Shown here: positions 19,950-29,747 of the stretch, one piece after another
How positions within the stretch are numbered: the stretch's first letter is position 1
Layout of the letters: the number at the start of each line of letters is the position of its first letter
NCBI GenBank assembly: GCA_963712745.1
Contig: CAVQJC010000020.1
Coordinates: forward strand, 224,001 to 288,000
From: an uncultured Chloroflexia bacterium
GTDB lineage: Bacteria > Chloroflexota > Limnocylindria > Limnocylindrales > CSP1-4
Length of the DNA stretch: 64,000 nucleotides
Direction: 5' to 3'
The notes under the pieces: model-generated
Database searches by the model: none
What the model was told of the DNA's origin: nothing
Seen by the model: the letters and a program-made list of their open reading frames with translations, nothing else
Position numbers and translations under genes: made by a program

Positions 19950-20491
19950 GCGCGCCCAGCTTCCAGGAGCTGTCGTTCGAGGGCGCGCATCGCGGCCTTC
20001 TCCACGGGTTCGGCGTGGTCCCAGCCGCACAGATGCAGCGCGCCGTGCGTGATGAGCAGCCGCAGCTCGTCGGCCGGCGCCCAGCGCCTGTCGTTGGTCT
20101 GGCCGCCCATGCCGCCCGCGGCCTGCTCCATGGCTCGCTCGACCGAGACGATGACGTCGCCGAGCAGGAGCGCCTCTCCCGGCGGCCGGGGAAAGGCGTC
20201 AGGCGTCTCGCGAAGCGCTGGGTCCTGGCCCGGGTGCGGCGGGAATGCCGAGGGCGGCAGCAACGGGAAGCTGAGCACGTCGGTCGGCCCCTCCTTGCCC
20301 ATGTGCTCGGCATTGAGGGCGGCCAGCTCGGCGTCGTCGCTCAGGGTCAGGGTCACCACCGAACCGGCCGGCGCTCCGGCAGCGGCCACGGCTGCGGCCA
20401 GGACGAGTCTGCACTCCTCGGGCTCGATCAGGCGGGGCACGTCCGGGCGGACGACCACCTCCACGCTCACCGGGTCTGTGCCGGCGCTCAA
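19946..20491 (-). CDS. ybeY: rRNA maturation endoribonuclease YbeY
   Basis: PTDVLSFP, LGDVIVS, metal motif HGALHLCGWDH. Confidence 0.95.
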   Translation of the reverse strand: MSAGTDPVSVEVVVRPDVPRLIEPEECRLVLAAAVAAAGAPAGSVVTLTLSDDAELAALNAEHMGKEGPTDVLSFPLLPPSAFPPHPGQDPALRETPDAFPRPPGEALLLGDVIVSVERAMEQAAGGMGGQTNDRRWAPADELRLLITHGALHLCGWDHAEPVEKAAMRALERQLLEAGRA

Positions 20492-21987
20492 GCCCCCCGC
20501 TGCTCCACGCTCCGCCGGGACTCGAGCTCGACGATCTTGTTGGTGGGATAGGCGATGCGGCGGTGGTACATGGCCAGGAGCTGCTCGATGAACGACTCGC
20601 GGATGCGGTCGAGGTCACGCAGGGTGAGGTCGCATTCGTCGAACTGGCCGTCGATGAGCCGGTCACTGATGATCTGCGAGACCATCGCGCGGATGGCCGG
20701 CTCCTCATGGCTGGCCAGCGAGCGGACCGAGGCCTCCACGCTGTCGGCCAGCATGAGGATGGCTGCCTCACGGGTCTGCGGCTTGGGTCCGGCGTGCCGG
20801 TATCGACGCGCATCGACCTTGTCCCCGGCCGCCTTGCCTGCGGCGGACTTCAGGGGTACACCTTCCTCTTCGGCCGCGATCTGCCGCGCCTTGGCGTAGA
20901 AGTAGCCCATCAGGGCGGTGCCGTGGTGCTGCGGGATGTAGCCGATGAGCACCTTGGGCAGCTTGTATTGGTAGGCGATGTCGATGCCCCGGGCCACGTG
21001 GCCGACGATCAGGGCCGCAGACTCCTCGGGTGGCAGTTGGTCGTGGATGTTCTCGCCACCAGCCTGGTTCTCGATGAAGACCAAGGGGTCGTAGAGCTTG
21101 CCCACGTCGTGATAGAGAGCGGCGACGCGCGTGACCAGCGCGTCGGCGCCGATGGCCTCGGCGGCCTGCTCCGCGAGGTTGCCCACCATCAGCGAGTGGT
21201 GATAGGTGCCGGGCGCCTCCAGCAGCAGACGGCGGAGCAGCGGCTGGGTGGGGTTGGCCAGCTCCAGCAGCTGATACGAGGTCGTGATGCCGAAAAGGCT
21301 CCCGAGCACCGCGAACGTGCCGGCGGCCGCGACGGCGGCCCCGAAGGCCGAGATGGCCGATGCCGCCAGTAGCTGGGCGAAGACCTGCAGGTCCTCGCTG
21401 CGGAAGATGATGGTGAAGGCCACCACCACCGCCACGTTGGCAGCGGTGATGCCGGCGCCTGCCTGCACGAACTGGCTCAATCGTTCGCCGCGGCCGATGA
21501 CGATGGTGCCCACGAGACCACCGAGGAGGGTGTAGGCGGCGAGGTCCATGGACCCGGTGATGACGCCGGCCATGACCGCGACCATGGCCGTGACCACGCT
21601 GGCCACACCCGAATCGAGGAGCACCGATAGCAGCAGGCCCACCGCGAACGTCGGCACCAGGAACGGCGCCACGGCGCTGTCGCCGGTGACCACCAGCAGC
21701 GTCGCCGCCGTCAGCAGGGCCAGGGCGACGAGCAGCATGGCGTTGTTGCGGTGCCACAGCCGTGAGCGGAAGCGCCACATCCAGGCCATGAGCGTGGTGA
21801 CCACTGCGATCGACAGCAGGAGCCAGCCGAAGACCGATACGAAGTCGTCGGGCGCGGCTATCGAGGTCAGGTCATCGAAGGCGAGAACGACGGTGAGTCC
21901 CGCCACGAGCAGGGTCGAGAGAAGCCCTAGGCGGACCGCGTCACGCTTGGTGAACGCGAGGATCTGGCTGCCCCGGCGTGCCAGCAT
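20488..21987 (-). CDS. 7TM-HD phosphohydrolase (PgpH-like), lacking the extracellular domain
   Basis: LLELAN..QPLL..LL.EAPGTYHHS, YHDVGK, QHHGT, GPKPQTREAAILMLADSVEA, RIAYP. Confidence 0.9.
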   Translation of the reverse strand: MLARRGSQILAFTKRDAVRLGLLSTLLVAGLTVVLAFDDLTSIAAPDDFVSVFGWLLLSIAVVTTLMAWMWRFRSRLWHRNNAMLLVALALLTAATLLVVTGDSAVAPFLVPTFAVGLLLSVLLDSGVASVVTAMVAVMAGVITGSMDLAAYTLLGGLVGTIVIGRGERLSQFVQAGAGITAANVAVVVAFTIIFRSEDLQVFAQLLAASAISAFGAAVAAAGTFAVLGSLFGITTSYQLLELANPTQPLLRRLLLEAPGTYHHSLMVGNLAEQAAEAIGADALVTRVAALYHDVGKLYDPLVFIENQAGGENIHDQLPPEESAALIVGHVARGIDIAYQYKLPKVLIGYIPQHHGTALMGYFYAKARQIAAEEEGVPLKSAAGKAAGDKVDARRYRHAGPKPQTREAAILMLADSVEASVRSLASHEEPAIRAMVSQIISDRLIDGQFDECDLTLRDLDRIRESFIEQLLAMYHRRIAYPTNKIVELESRRSVEQRGA

Positions 21988-21996
21988 GTGGGAAGC

Positions 21997-22458
21997 CTAC
22001 GAGGCCGCGGCGGCCTTGGCTAGTTCCTCGTTCACCAGACCGCTGACGATCTTGCCATCGGCACGGCCCTTGACCTTGGGCATGAGCACGCCCATGACCC
22101 GGCCCATGTCGCGGGGCGAGTCGGCACCAGTGGCCGCGACGGCCTCGACCACGAGCGCGCGAAGCTCGTCCTCGCCCATCTGCTCGGGCAGATACGGGGA
22201 GAGGACGTCTATCTCTGCCTGTTCCCTGTCCGCGAGGTCGTCGCGACCGGCGTCGCGGTAGGCCGTGATGGACTCTCGGCGTGTCTTGACCTGCTTGGTC
22301 AGGACTGCCAGCGTCTCCTCGTCAGACAGGTCGTCCTGCTTCTCCTTGGCGGCGTTCTGGACAGCAGCAAGCACCATGCGCAAGGTGTCGCGTCGTTGCG
22401 CGTCACCGTCCCGCATGGCGCTCTTCATGTCAGCCTGGAGCTGTTCGGTAAGGCTCAT
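21997..22458 (-). CDS. yqeY: GatB/YqeY domain protein
   Basis: MSLTEQLQADMKSAMR, KQVKTRRESI, YLPEQM, DMGRVMG, GRADGK; AGGAGG RBS. Confidence 0.93.
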   Translation of the reverse strand: MSLTEQLQADMKSAMRDGDAQRRDTLRMVLAAVQNAAKEKQDDLSDEETLAVLTKQVKTRRESITAYRDAGRDDLADREQAEIDVLSPYLPEQMGEDELRALVVEAVAATGADSPRDMGRVMGVLMPKVKGRADGKIVSGLVNEELAKAAAAS

Positions 22459-22522
22459 GGCGGACCTCCTCTCGTTGGGCAGGTGGAGGGGGCTCGGACC
22501 TTGGGTCTTCTGAGGAGCGCGG

Positions 22523-22702
22523 CTATTCGCCGCGCGCCGCCTTCTTCCGCTTCGCTTCCTTGCGCTTTCGCTTGACGCTGGGCTTCTCGAAATGCTCGCG
22601 TCGCCGTGCTTCGGCCAGGATGCCACTCTGCTGGATCTTCTTGTTGAAGCGACGCAGGGCTGCCTCGAAGGTCTCGTTCTCACCGACTCGGACTTCAGCC
22701 AA
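22523..22702 (-). CDS. rpsU: 30S ribosomal protein S21
   Basis: Not in the ORF track. TTG start after GGGAGGTGA; [49 protein letters not shown]. Confidence 0.95.
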   Translation of the reverse strand: MAEVRVGENETFEAALRRFNKKIQQSGILAEARRREHFEKPSVKRKRKEAKRKKAARGE

Positions 22703-22811
22703 CTAGGAAATCACCTCCCGCTGGTCGATATCAGGCCGCACTCGACCGCCGGGACCAGGACCGACGGGGGAGCCTCGCGCGAAACGCATCCGCGCAAGCA
22801 GGCCGGCGTGG

Positions 22812-22841
22812 AGTGTACGTGAGGGCATGCAGGCCGGTCAA
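22812..22841 (-). promoter_or_regulatory. sigma70-type promoter for the rpsU operon
   Basis: TTGACC-N18-TACACT about 110 nt upstream of rpsU. Confidence 0.6.
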
Positions 22842-22874
22842 ACGGCTGTATGGCTCGCGTCGCAGCGTGAGGTG

Positions 22875-22907
22875 GGCCCCCACATGGTCGGGACCGTGTG
22901 GGGGGCC
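22875..22907. other. GC-rich intergenic hairpin
   Basis: GGCCCCCACATGGTC-gg-GACCGTGTGGGGGGCC near-perfect inverted repeat. Confidence 0.5.
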
Positions 22908-23209
22908 TGCAGGGCCAGCCCCTGGATAAGGCCACAGGGTCTTCGCAGTCATCGAACGATCCGGGGGCCGCACGCCGGCTAGGCGGCGACAGAGCGTAGC
23001 GGTCGATGGGACCAAGCCGGGTCTCACGCTCGCGGGCGCATTTCGGGGGCGACCGGCATGGCTGTGGCTGTCTCGAAAAGGCCCGCCGAGGCTACGCGCC
23101 TGCATTCATCGCGAAGAACCGCCCACCAGGCCAGGTCGAGGCGACAGAGTTCAGGCGAAGGTTGCCCTGTACGCTGGTCGAACACGTCTTGCTGCGTCAC
23201 ACTCGGTCC

Positions 23210-23635
23210 ATGGGCGAGAGGGACGAGACTCGGCTGTGGCACCGCTGGCTGCTGGTCGCCGGCGCCGTCATCGTGGGTGTCGGCGGCGCGCTGGTGGTGC
23301 TGGCACTCGTGGGCGTGCCGGACACGCTGATGGACGTGCTCTACCTGCCGGCTGAACCCGATGTCGCCACCGCCGACACGATCTCGTTCGCCATCGGGGT
23401 TTCCGGCTCGGTGATGGTCGGCTGGGGCGCATCGATGGTCTACGTCTACCTCGACCCGGCCACGGTCGACCGGCCGCGCGTGGCGCGCGCGTTCTTCGTG
23501 GGGGCGGTGGCCTGGTTCCTTCTCGACTCCGCGATGTCCCTCGCCCTGGGCGCGATGATCAACGTGGTGGGCAACGTGCTCTTCCTGGGGATGCTGCTGC
23601 CTCCCCTCGCCGTCCTCTCCAGCCGGAAGGGCTGA
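23210..23635 (+). CDS. small 4-TM membrane protein, unknown function
   Basis: MGERDETRLWHRWLLV..., four hydrophobic segments, WFLLDS motif. Confidence 0.7.
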   Translation: MGERDETRLWHRWLLVAGAVIVGVGGALVVLALVGVPDTLMDVLYLPAEPDVATADTISFAIGVSGSVMVGWGASMVYVYLDPATVDRPRVARAFFVGAVAWFLLDSAMSLALGAMINVVGNVLFLGMLLPPLAVLSSRKG

Positions 23636-24314
23636 GCAGGCCCAGCGGCGGGGGCCCCGCCAAGCGAGGGATGGCCTCGAGCGCAGCTGTCGCCCGGCCG
23701 AGGCGTCCTCCACCCTTGGCTCGGTCTTCAGCGCGATCGGCAGGCCGAGGACACTGGCGCCGACTCGAGCGAGCCTTCCTCGAGCCATCACGGCGCCAGC
23801 GTCTCGGTTCGGATGAGATCGTCGGGCAGGTCGAAGGGCGAAAGGCCGCCGAGCGACTCGGTAGCCGCTCGTGCGGATCGCTGGTCGACGTGTTCATCAT
23901 GTTCGTTCGAGGCCGCGATGGCGTCGAGACCAGGCGCGGTCACCTTCGACCACGGTCTGCCCGGCCAGCTCCCACAGCTTCTCCGTAGGCGAAGGGAACG
24001 GGTAGGGCCGGAGATCGATGCGCTCGCTGAGCCCGTCCGGGTTCCGGATGGCCCGCTGGCAGTCTACTCATCGCGGTCATCGTGGGTCAACGCCCGGTCG
24101 ATGGCGGTGATGGGCTGGGCAGGTAGTCGTCACCGTCCATCCGGCAGCCGCCGCCGTCCATCGAGAGGCGCGGGCCGCTTCTGCGCGCTCGCTGCGGGCG
24201 ACCGGCTGAGCGCGGGATCCTCCAGCGGGCCGATGGCCGGACGTGGGAGGACGACGTTTCGGGGGCCATCGGTCAGTTCCCATGAGACCTGGACGCCCAC
24301 TAGACTGCGCAGCC

Positions 24315-26024
24315 ATGAGCGACTTTCCCCACGCCTCAGATTTCGAGTCGCTGATCGGCATCCTCGATGATGCGGCCGAACGCTGGCCCTCCGATAGGGT
24401 CATGTACGGGCTGCGTACCGACCACGGCATCGAGCTGGGGTGGACGGCACGTGAGATGCAGCGGCGCTCGATGCTGGCGGCCTGGCGGCTGCGGGCGGCC
24501 GGCCTTGAGGTGGGGGACCGGCTGCTCACGTGGTCGCCTTCCACGCCGCGCCTGCCCGCCGTCTACTGGGGCGCGATGCGTGCCGGGGTCATCATCGTGC
24601 CCATCGACCTGCGCATGACCGCGAACGTGGTCCAGCGCATCGCGGACCGGGCAGAGACGACCTGGCTGGCGATCGATGAGGGCTATGATGCGCCCGATCC
24701 TGCGGAGTTCGGCCTCGAGCAGCTGCAGGCCATGAAGCTGGCCGAACTGACCTCGGATCCCGAGGTGGACTGGCCGGACGACTGGGAGGCACAGGTCCGC
24801 TCGTGGCCACAGCCCGGTCGCGACTCGCTCTTCGAGATCCACTTCACCTCGGGCACCACGGCCGCACCCAAGGGCGTCCTGCTGACGCACGGCAACTTCC
24901 TCTCCTCGATGGGCATGTTCACCGACCTCATCAAGGAGCGCCACTGGCGGACCGTCTCCATCCTGCCCCTCTCCCACCTGCTCGAGCAGATCGGGACCCT
25001 GTACACGGGGACGATGCTGGGAGCAGAAGTGATCTACGTTCGTTCGCGCAACACCCGCATCATCCTCGAGGTCATGCGCGACCTGAAGGTCAATGCCATC
25101 GTCGTCACGCCGCAGCTGCTGGAGCTCTTCTGGGGCGGCCTCATGCGCGAGGCCCGCAAGCGTGGCCGCGAGTCCCTCGTCGAGCGCGGCCGACGCATCG
25201 CCCGCCATCTCCCCTATCGGTTGCGTCGACTGATGTTCCGCCCGCTCCACGCACCGATGGGCGGTGCGCTCGAGTTGATCGTCTCTGCCGGTGCCTATCT
25301 GCCCCCGGAGCTCCAGGTGGCCTGGGAAGAGATCGGCATCCCCGTCGTGCAGGGGTACGGCTCGACGGAGGTCGGCTTCGCGGTGGCCAACGATGAGTGG
25401 CGCCACCCGCCGGGCCTCGTCGGACGGATGCACGCCGACACCAAGGTGAGGATCGACCCGGACACCGGCGAGATCCAGGTCTACGGCCCCAACGTGTCGG
25501 CCGGGTACTGGCGCGACGAGGAGAACACTCGCGCGTCGCGCACCGAAGACGACTGGTACAGGACCGGTGACACCGGCGAGTTCACCGAGTCGGGTGACCT
25601 CAGGCTGTCCGGCCGGCTGAAGAACATGATCGTCCTGCCCAACGGGCTCAACGTCTTTCCCGAGGACATCGAGGTTGCCCTGGCCGAGCACGGTCTGGCC
25701 CAGACCGTCGTGCTCGAGACGGAGCCCGGCCGCATCGAGGCGGTGGTGCTACCGCCCGGCTCGGTGCCCATCCTGCGCGCCGACCAGGAGGTGGCCAACG
25801 ACCGTGAGGCCGACGACGATCTGCGCGCGGAGATCGATGCCATCGTCAAGGCCGCCAACGGGGACCTGGGGGTGCATCAGCGCATCGCCGCCTGGCGGCT
25901 GTGGCCGGGGAGGGACTTCCCCCGCACCCACACCATGAAGATCCGCCGCAACGAGGTGCGCGAGTGGGCCGGCGGCGATGCGGTCGTGCTGCAGGTACAC
26001 GAAGCCGAGGACGACGGCGAGTAG
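24315..26024 (+). CDS. long-chain acyl-CoA synthetase (AMP-binding enzyme)
   Basis: FTSGTTAAPKG, LPLSH, QGYGSTE, YRTGD, GRLKNMIV..NG.NVFPEDIE, PRTHTMKI. Confidence 0.92.
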   Translation: MSDFPHASDFESLIGILDDAAERWPSDRVMYGLRTDHGIELGWTAREMQRRSMLAAWRLRAAGLEVGDRLLTWSPSTPRLPAVYWGAMRAGVIIVPIDLRMTANVVQRIADRAETTWLAIDEGYDAPDPAEFGLEQLQAMKLAELTSDPEVDWPDDWEAQVRSWPQPGRDSLFEIHFTSGTTAAPKGVLLTHGNFLSSMGMFTDLIKERHWRTVSILPLSHLLEQIGTLYTGTMLGAEVIYVRSRNTRIILEVMRDLKVNAIVVTPQLLELFWGGLMREARKRGRESLVERGRRIARHLPYRLRRLMFRPLHAPMGGALELIVSAGAYLPPELQVAWEEIGIPVVQGYGSTEVGFAVANDEWRHPPGLVGRMHADTKVRIDPDTGEIQVYGPNVSAGYWRDEENTRASRTEDDWYRTGDTGEFTESGDLRLSGRLKNMIVLPNGLNVFPEDIEVALAEHGLAQTVVLETEPGRIEAVVLPPGSVPILRADQEVANDREADDDLRAEIDAIVKAANGDLGVHQRIAAWRLWPGRDFPRTHTMKIRRNEVREWAGGDAVVLQVHEAEDDGE

Positions 26025-26038
26025 CGCGCAGGCGGCTC

Positions 26039-26617
26039 CTACTTCTGGACCTCGACCGGCGTGCCCACCGCGGCCATGGCGTCGAACACGGCCTCTGCTC
26101 GAGCCGGATCGTCCGAGCGGCGGCTCGACCAGTTGGTGAAGATGACCGTGTCGCCCAGGACGCTCACCGAGAACTGGGTGTCGGCCACGTAATTGGTCTG
26201 CCCGAAACCCGAGGACAGGTAGTCGGCCAGGTCCTGGCCACGGTCGATGGCCGCGCCGGTGTCCTCTGCCTGGTAGACGACGACGAACGCGTCGTCGGGA
26301 TCGGCTAGTGCAGCCCGCCGGATGACGCGCGGCAGCTGCAGGAGCGACGGCGGCTCCGACGGACGGAAGGCGGCGGCTGGGTCTTCGAGCCGCTCGCCGA
26401 GGGCGCCCACGGCCGCAGCCAGCTCGTCGAGCGTCGATGCCACCGAGGCGTCGAACGAGCGCATCGGGGTGGGTAGCGCCACCTCGTCGGACTGCACGGT
26501 GGGACGGTCGACGCTGGTGCAGGCGACCAGCGTGGCGCTGGCCGCCAGGACCAGGACCGCCGACCGTGCCAGGAGCGACGCGCGTGTGAGGCCACGCGCT
26601 CGCCGTGCCGCCGTCAA
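26039..26617 (-). CDS. putative lipoprotein
   Basis: TTG start overlapping the HIT stop; signal ending in lipobox-like LVAC. Confidence 0.65.
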   Translation of the reverse strand: MTAARRARGLTRASLLARSAVLVLAASATLVACTSVDRPTVQSDEVALPTPMRSFDASVASTLDELAAAVGALGERLEDPAAAFRPSEPPSLLQLPRVIRRAALADPDDAFVVVYQAEDTGAAIDRGQDLADYLSSGFGQTNYVADTQFSVSVLGDTVIFTNWSSRRSDDPARAEAVFDAMAAVGTPVEVQK

Positions 26618-26970
26618 CCTGGCGGCCACGCCATGCGCCGCCCGCCGATGAGGTGGAAGTGCAGGTGCGGCACCGACTGGCCGCCATCGGGGCCCACGTT
26701 GGTGATCACGCGATAGCCCCGCTCGGGCAGGTCGGCCGCCTTCGCCAGCGCGGCGGCCACGTCGAAGATCCGTCCCAGCATCGCAGCGTCACTCTCGGCC
26801 AGCTCGGCCGCCGACTCCACGTGGCGGCGCGGGACGATCAACTGGTGCACCGGCGCCACCGGGTTGATGTCGTTGAAGGCCACCACCACGTCGTCCTCAT
26901 GAACGGTGTCGGACGGGATGTCGCCCGCGATGATCTTGCAGAACAGACAGGTCTCGTCGGTCACTGGCAT
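26614..26970 (-). CDS. hinT: histidine triad (HIT) nucleotide-binding protein
   Basis: CLFCKI, AFNDINP.APVH, GQSVPHLHFH, WPPG. Confidence 0.93.
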   Translation of the reverse strand: MPVTDETCLFCKIIAGDIPSDTVHEDDVVVAFNDINPVAPVHQLIVPRRHVESAAELAESDAAMLGRIFDVAAALAKAADLPERGYRVITNVGPDGGQSVPHLHFHLIGGRRMAWPPG

Positions 26971-26981
26971 CTCCCTCCCGG

Positions 26982-27467
26982 CTAGAACGTAGGTTTGCTC
27001 ATCATGAGCCACCCGATGACGCCGATGGCGGTGGCCATGCCGTAGCTGATGTACCGCTGCCGTCGAGCGCGAACACGCCAGCGCTCCTTCTCCTCTTCGG
27101 TCGAGGCCTCCTTGAGTCCCAGCAGCCGGCGAACGCCGGGCCGCTGTACGAAGAAGGCCACCGCCAGGATGAGCGCGTAGATGGTGAGCGCCAGCAGCAA
27201 CCAGGGCTGCTGGAGGAAGGCAGAGCCGAGCACCAGGAGCATGCCGATGCCGGTGATGGCCACGCCGGCACCGATGATGACCGTGCCGTGAGCTTCCAGC
27301 CAGACGAGCAAGCGGACGAAGCGGCCCGACTGCCCGCCCACCATCGGTTCGCCGTCGACACCGCGAGTGCGCATGGTGAAGGGCAGCAGGAATGCAGGCA
27401 CGAAGAGCGAGATGGCGAGGACGATGTGCGCAGTCAGTAGCACCGGGAAGAGTTCGGCCGGTATCAC
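26982..27467 (-). CDS. DUF2269-like 4-TM membrane protein
   Basis: LLTAHIV, ITGIGML, PWL, terminal LMMSKPTF; GTGA overlap with prmA. Confidence 0.7.
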   Translation of the reverse strand: MIPAELFPVLLTAHIVLAISLFVPAFLLPFTMRTRGVDGEPMVGGQSGRFVRLLVWLEAHGTVIIGAGVAITGIGMLLVLGSAFLQQPWLLLALTIYALILAVAFFVQRPGVRRLLGLKEASTEEEKERWRVRARRQRYISYGMATAIGVIGWLMMSKPTF

Positions 27468-28432
27468 GGACGGGGGCGCTCCAGGTCGAGGGCGACCCAC
27501 TCGGTCTCCTGTTCGCGGCGCACGACGCGCAGGCCGGCCGCCGCGAAAGCCCGGCGCACCTCGGGCTCGCGGTCGATGAAGATGCCCGAAGCGAGCAGGC
27601 GGCCGCCGCTGTGCGACGTGCCATCAGCGGGCCGGACGGCAGCGCTCAGGTGCGCAGCCAGCTGGACCAGGAGGCTGGCCACGAGGTTGGCGAAGACGAG
27701 GTCGAACGGACCCTCGTCGATGGGCAGGCTGCCCCCGCGCGCGTCGATGGCCACGCCGTTGCGGGCGGCGTTCTCAAGCGTCGACTCGACGGCGATGGGG
27801 TCGGTGTCGACCGCCCGTACCGAAGCGGCGCCGAGCAGCGCCGCAGCCACGCCCAGGATGCCTGAGCCTGAGCCGACGTCCAAGACCGAGGCGCCACTGA
27901 CCAGGCGCTCGTCGGCCCAGTGCTCGAGCCCGAGCAGGCATAGCCGCGTGGTGGGGTGCAGCCCGGTGCCGAAGGCCATACCCGGGTCCAGGGCGATGAT
28001 GACGTCGTCCGGCGCCGCCTCGAACTCGCGCCAGGTCGGCTTGATGACGATGCGCGAACCGAGGCGCATGACCGGGAAGTGCTCCTTCCAGGCGCTGGCC
28101 CAGTCCTCCTCGTGGACCTCACGGACCTGCAGCTGGCCGATCGGGCGCAGTTCGAAGGCGGTGAGATGGCCCAGCCGCTCTCGCGCACTCGCGATGGCGG
28201 CCTGCGCCGCGACCATGTCGATGGCCGGAAGGTAGGCGCGGATGGTCACCGGCGCGTCGGGGACGGGTGACGCCACCAGGCCTTCCCGCTCGGTCGTGAA
28301 CGGCTGCTCCACGGAGACACCCCCACCGGCATCGCGGGAGAGGATCTCGCTCACGGCCTCGGCGGCTTCGGGATCGCATGCGATCGACAGCTCGAGCCAG
28401 GTGCCGGCGGCGGATGTGCCCTCGTCGGTCAC
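27464..28432 (-). CDS. prmA: ribosomal protein L11 methyltransferase
   Basis: EEDWASAWK, LDPGMAFGTGLHPTT, VLDVGSGSGIL, ANL, ASGI. Confidence 0.95.
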   Translation of the reverse strand: MTDEGTSAAGTWLELSIACDPEAAEAVSEILSRDAGGGVSVEQPFTTEREGLVASPVPDAPVTIRAYLPAIDMVAAQAAIASARERLGHLTAFELRPIGQLQVREVHEEDWASAWKEHFPVMRLGSRIVIKPTWREFEAAPDDVIIALDPGMAFGTGLHPTTRLCLLGLEHWADERLVSGASVLDVGSGSGILGVAAALLGAASVRAVDTDPIAVESTLENAARNGVAIDARGGSLPIDEGPFDLVFANLVASLLVQLAAHLSAAVRPADGTSHSGGRLLASGIFIDREPEVRRAFAAAGLRVVRREQETEWVALDLERPRP

Positions 28433-28464
28433 GGACGGTCGCTCCGCCGCCGCGTCAGATGCGC

Positions 28465-29634
28465 TCAGCTGATGGCGTCCTTGATGCGGTCGCCGAGCGA
28501 GCGCTTGCCGTGCCTCGTACGGGGGCCGTCGGCAGGCCTGGTCTCACCGTCGCTGCTGAGCTCGCCGGACTCCGCCGCCAGCTCTTCGAGCAGCTCGCGC
28601 TGCCGGTCGGACAGGCGCGTGGGCACCTTGATGTCAACGAGCACATGCAGGTCGCCGCGAGCGCCGGCCCGGCGCAGGTGCGGCACACCCTTGCCGCGGA
28701 GACGGATCTCGGAACCGGGCTGCGTGCCCGCCTTGACCTCGAGGATCTCCTCGCCGTCAGGGGTCACGATGGGGATGGCCGCCCCGAGCGCCGCCTGTGT
28801 CATCGACAGCGGAAGCTCCATGTACAGCTCGGTGCCGTCGCGCTTCAGCACGGGGTGCTCTTCGACATGGGTGACGACGTAGAGGTTGCCGGGAGTACCG
28901 CCTCTGGGGGCCGCCTCCCCTTCCCCGGTCAGACGGATCTGGTGGCCGTCGTCGATGCCGGCCGGGACGTTCACCCGCAGCGTGCGCGTGCGCTCCGAGC
29001 GGCCATCACCCTTGCAGGTCGGGCAAGGCTTGTCGACGACCTGTCCGCTGCCGCGGCAGCGTCCGCAGGGCGTGACGTTGACCATCTGGCCGAGCAGCGT
29101 GTTGCGCACCTCGCGAACCTCGCCGCTGCCATCGCACTGGGAGCAGGCGGTCGGTTCAGAACCCGCCTCCGCTCCCGAGCCCTCGCAGGTGGCGCAGGTG
29201 TCGAGGGAGGTGAAGGTCAGCTCCTTCTCTGCTCCGGCGATGGCCTCGTCGAACGTCAGCTGCAGGTCATAGCGGAGGTCTGCACCGGCCGGCCGACGGG
29301 TCCGGCGGGCACCACCGGCGGCAGCCCCACCGAAGAAAGCGTCGAAGATGTCACCGAAGCCCTGGAAGCCGCCGAACGGCCCGTAGCCCTCCGCCCCGGC
29401 CCCGGTGCCACCCACGCCGGCCCGGCCGAACATGTCGTACTGCTGCCGGCGCTGCGGGTCGGAGAGGACCTGGTAGGCCTCGTTGATCTCCTTGAAGCGC
29501 GCATCGGCATCAGGGTCGGTGTTGACGTCGGGGTGCCATTGCTGGGCCAGCTTGCGGAAGGAACGCTTGATCTCTTCGTCGCTGGCACCTCGCTCAAGCC
29601 CCAGGATCTGGTAGTAGTCGCGGGTCGTGGCCAT
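28465..29634 (-). CDS. dnaJ: chaperone DnaJ
   Basis: J domain DYYQILG...HPD, G/F region, four CxxCxGxG repeats. Confidence 0.97.
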   Translation of the reverse strand: MATTRDYYQILGLERGASDEEIKRSFRKLAQQWHPDVNTDPDADARFKEINEAYQVLSDPQRRQQYDMFGRAGVGGTGAGAEGYGPFGGFQGFGDIFDAFFGGAAAGGARRTRRPAGADLRYDLQLTFDEAIAGAEKELTFTSLDTCATCEGSGAEAGSEPTACSQCDGSGEVREVRNTLLGQMVNVTPCGRCRGSGQVVDKPCPTCKGDGRSERTRTLRVNVPAGIDDGHQIRLTGEGEAAPRGGTPGNLYVVTHVEEHPVLKRDGTELYMELPLSMTQAALGAAIPIVTPDGEEILEVKAGTQPGSEIRLRGKGVPHLRRAGARGDLHVLVDIKVPTRLSDRQRELLEELAAESGELSSDGETRPADGPRTRHGKRSLGDRIKDAIS

Positions 29635-29747
29635 GCAAGGGGGGAGTATAGGGAAGGTAGGCCCGTTGGCTCTGCGACGAGCAGTCGGCCCTCGATCTCG
29701 TTCGCCAGTCCGGGAATCGACTATGCCGTGGCTGCTGCCTTCCTTGC

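Noticed and set aside
23640-24240. Possible decayed rsmE or other gene remnant upstream of rpsU
   Set aside because: The position is suggestive, but I could not recover diagnostic motifs such as IGPEGG or LRxETA in any frame. Left unannotated; a tblastn/blastx search would settle it.
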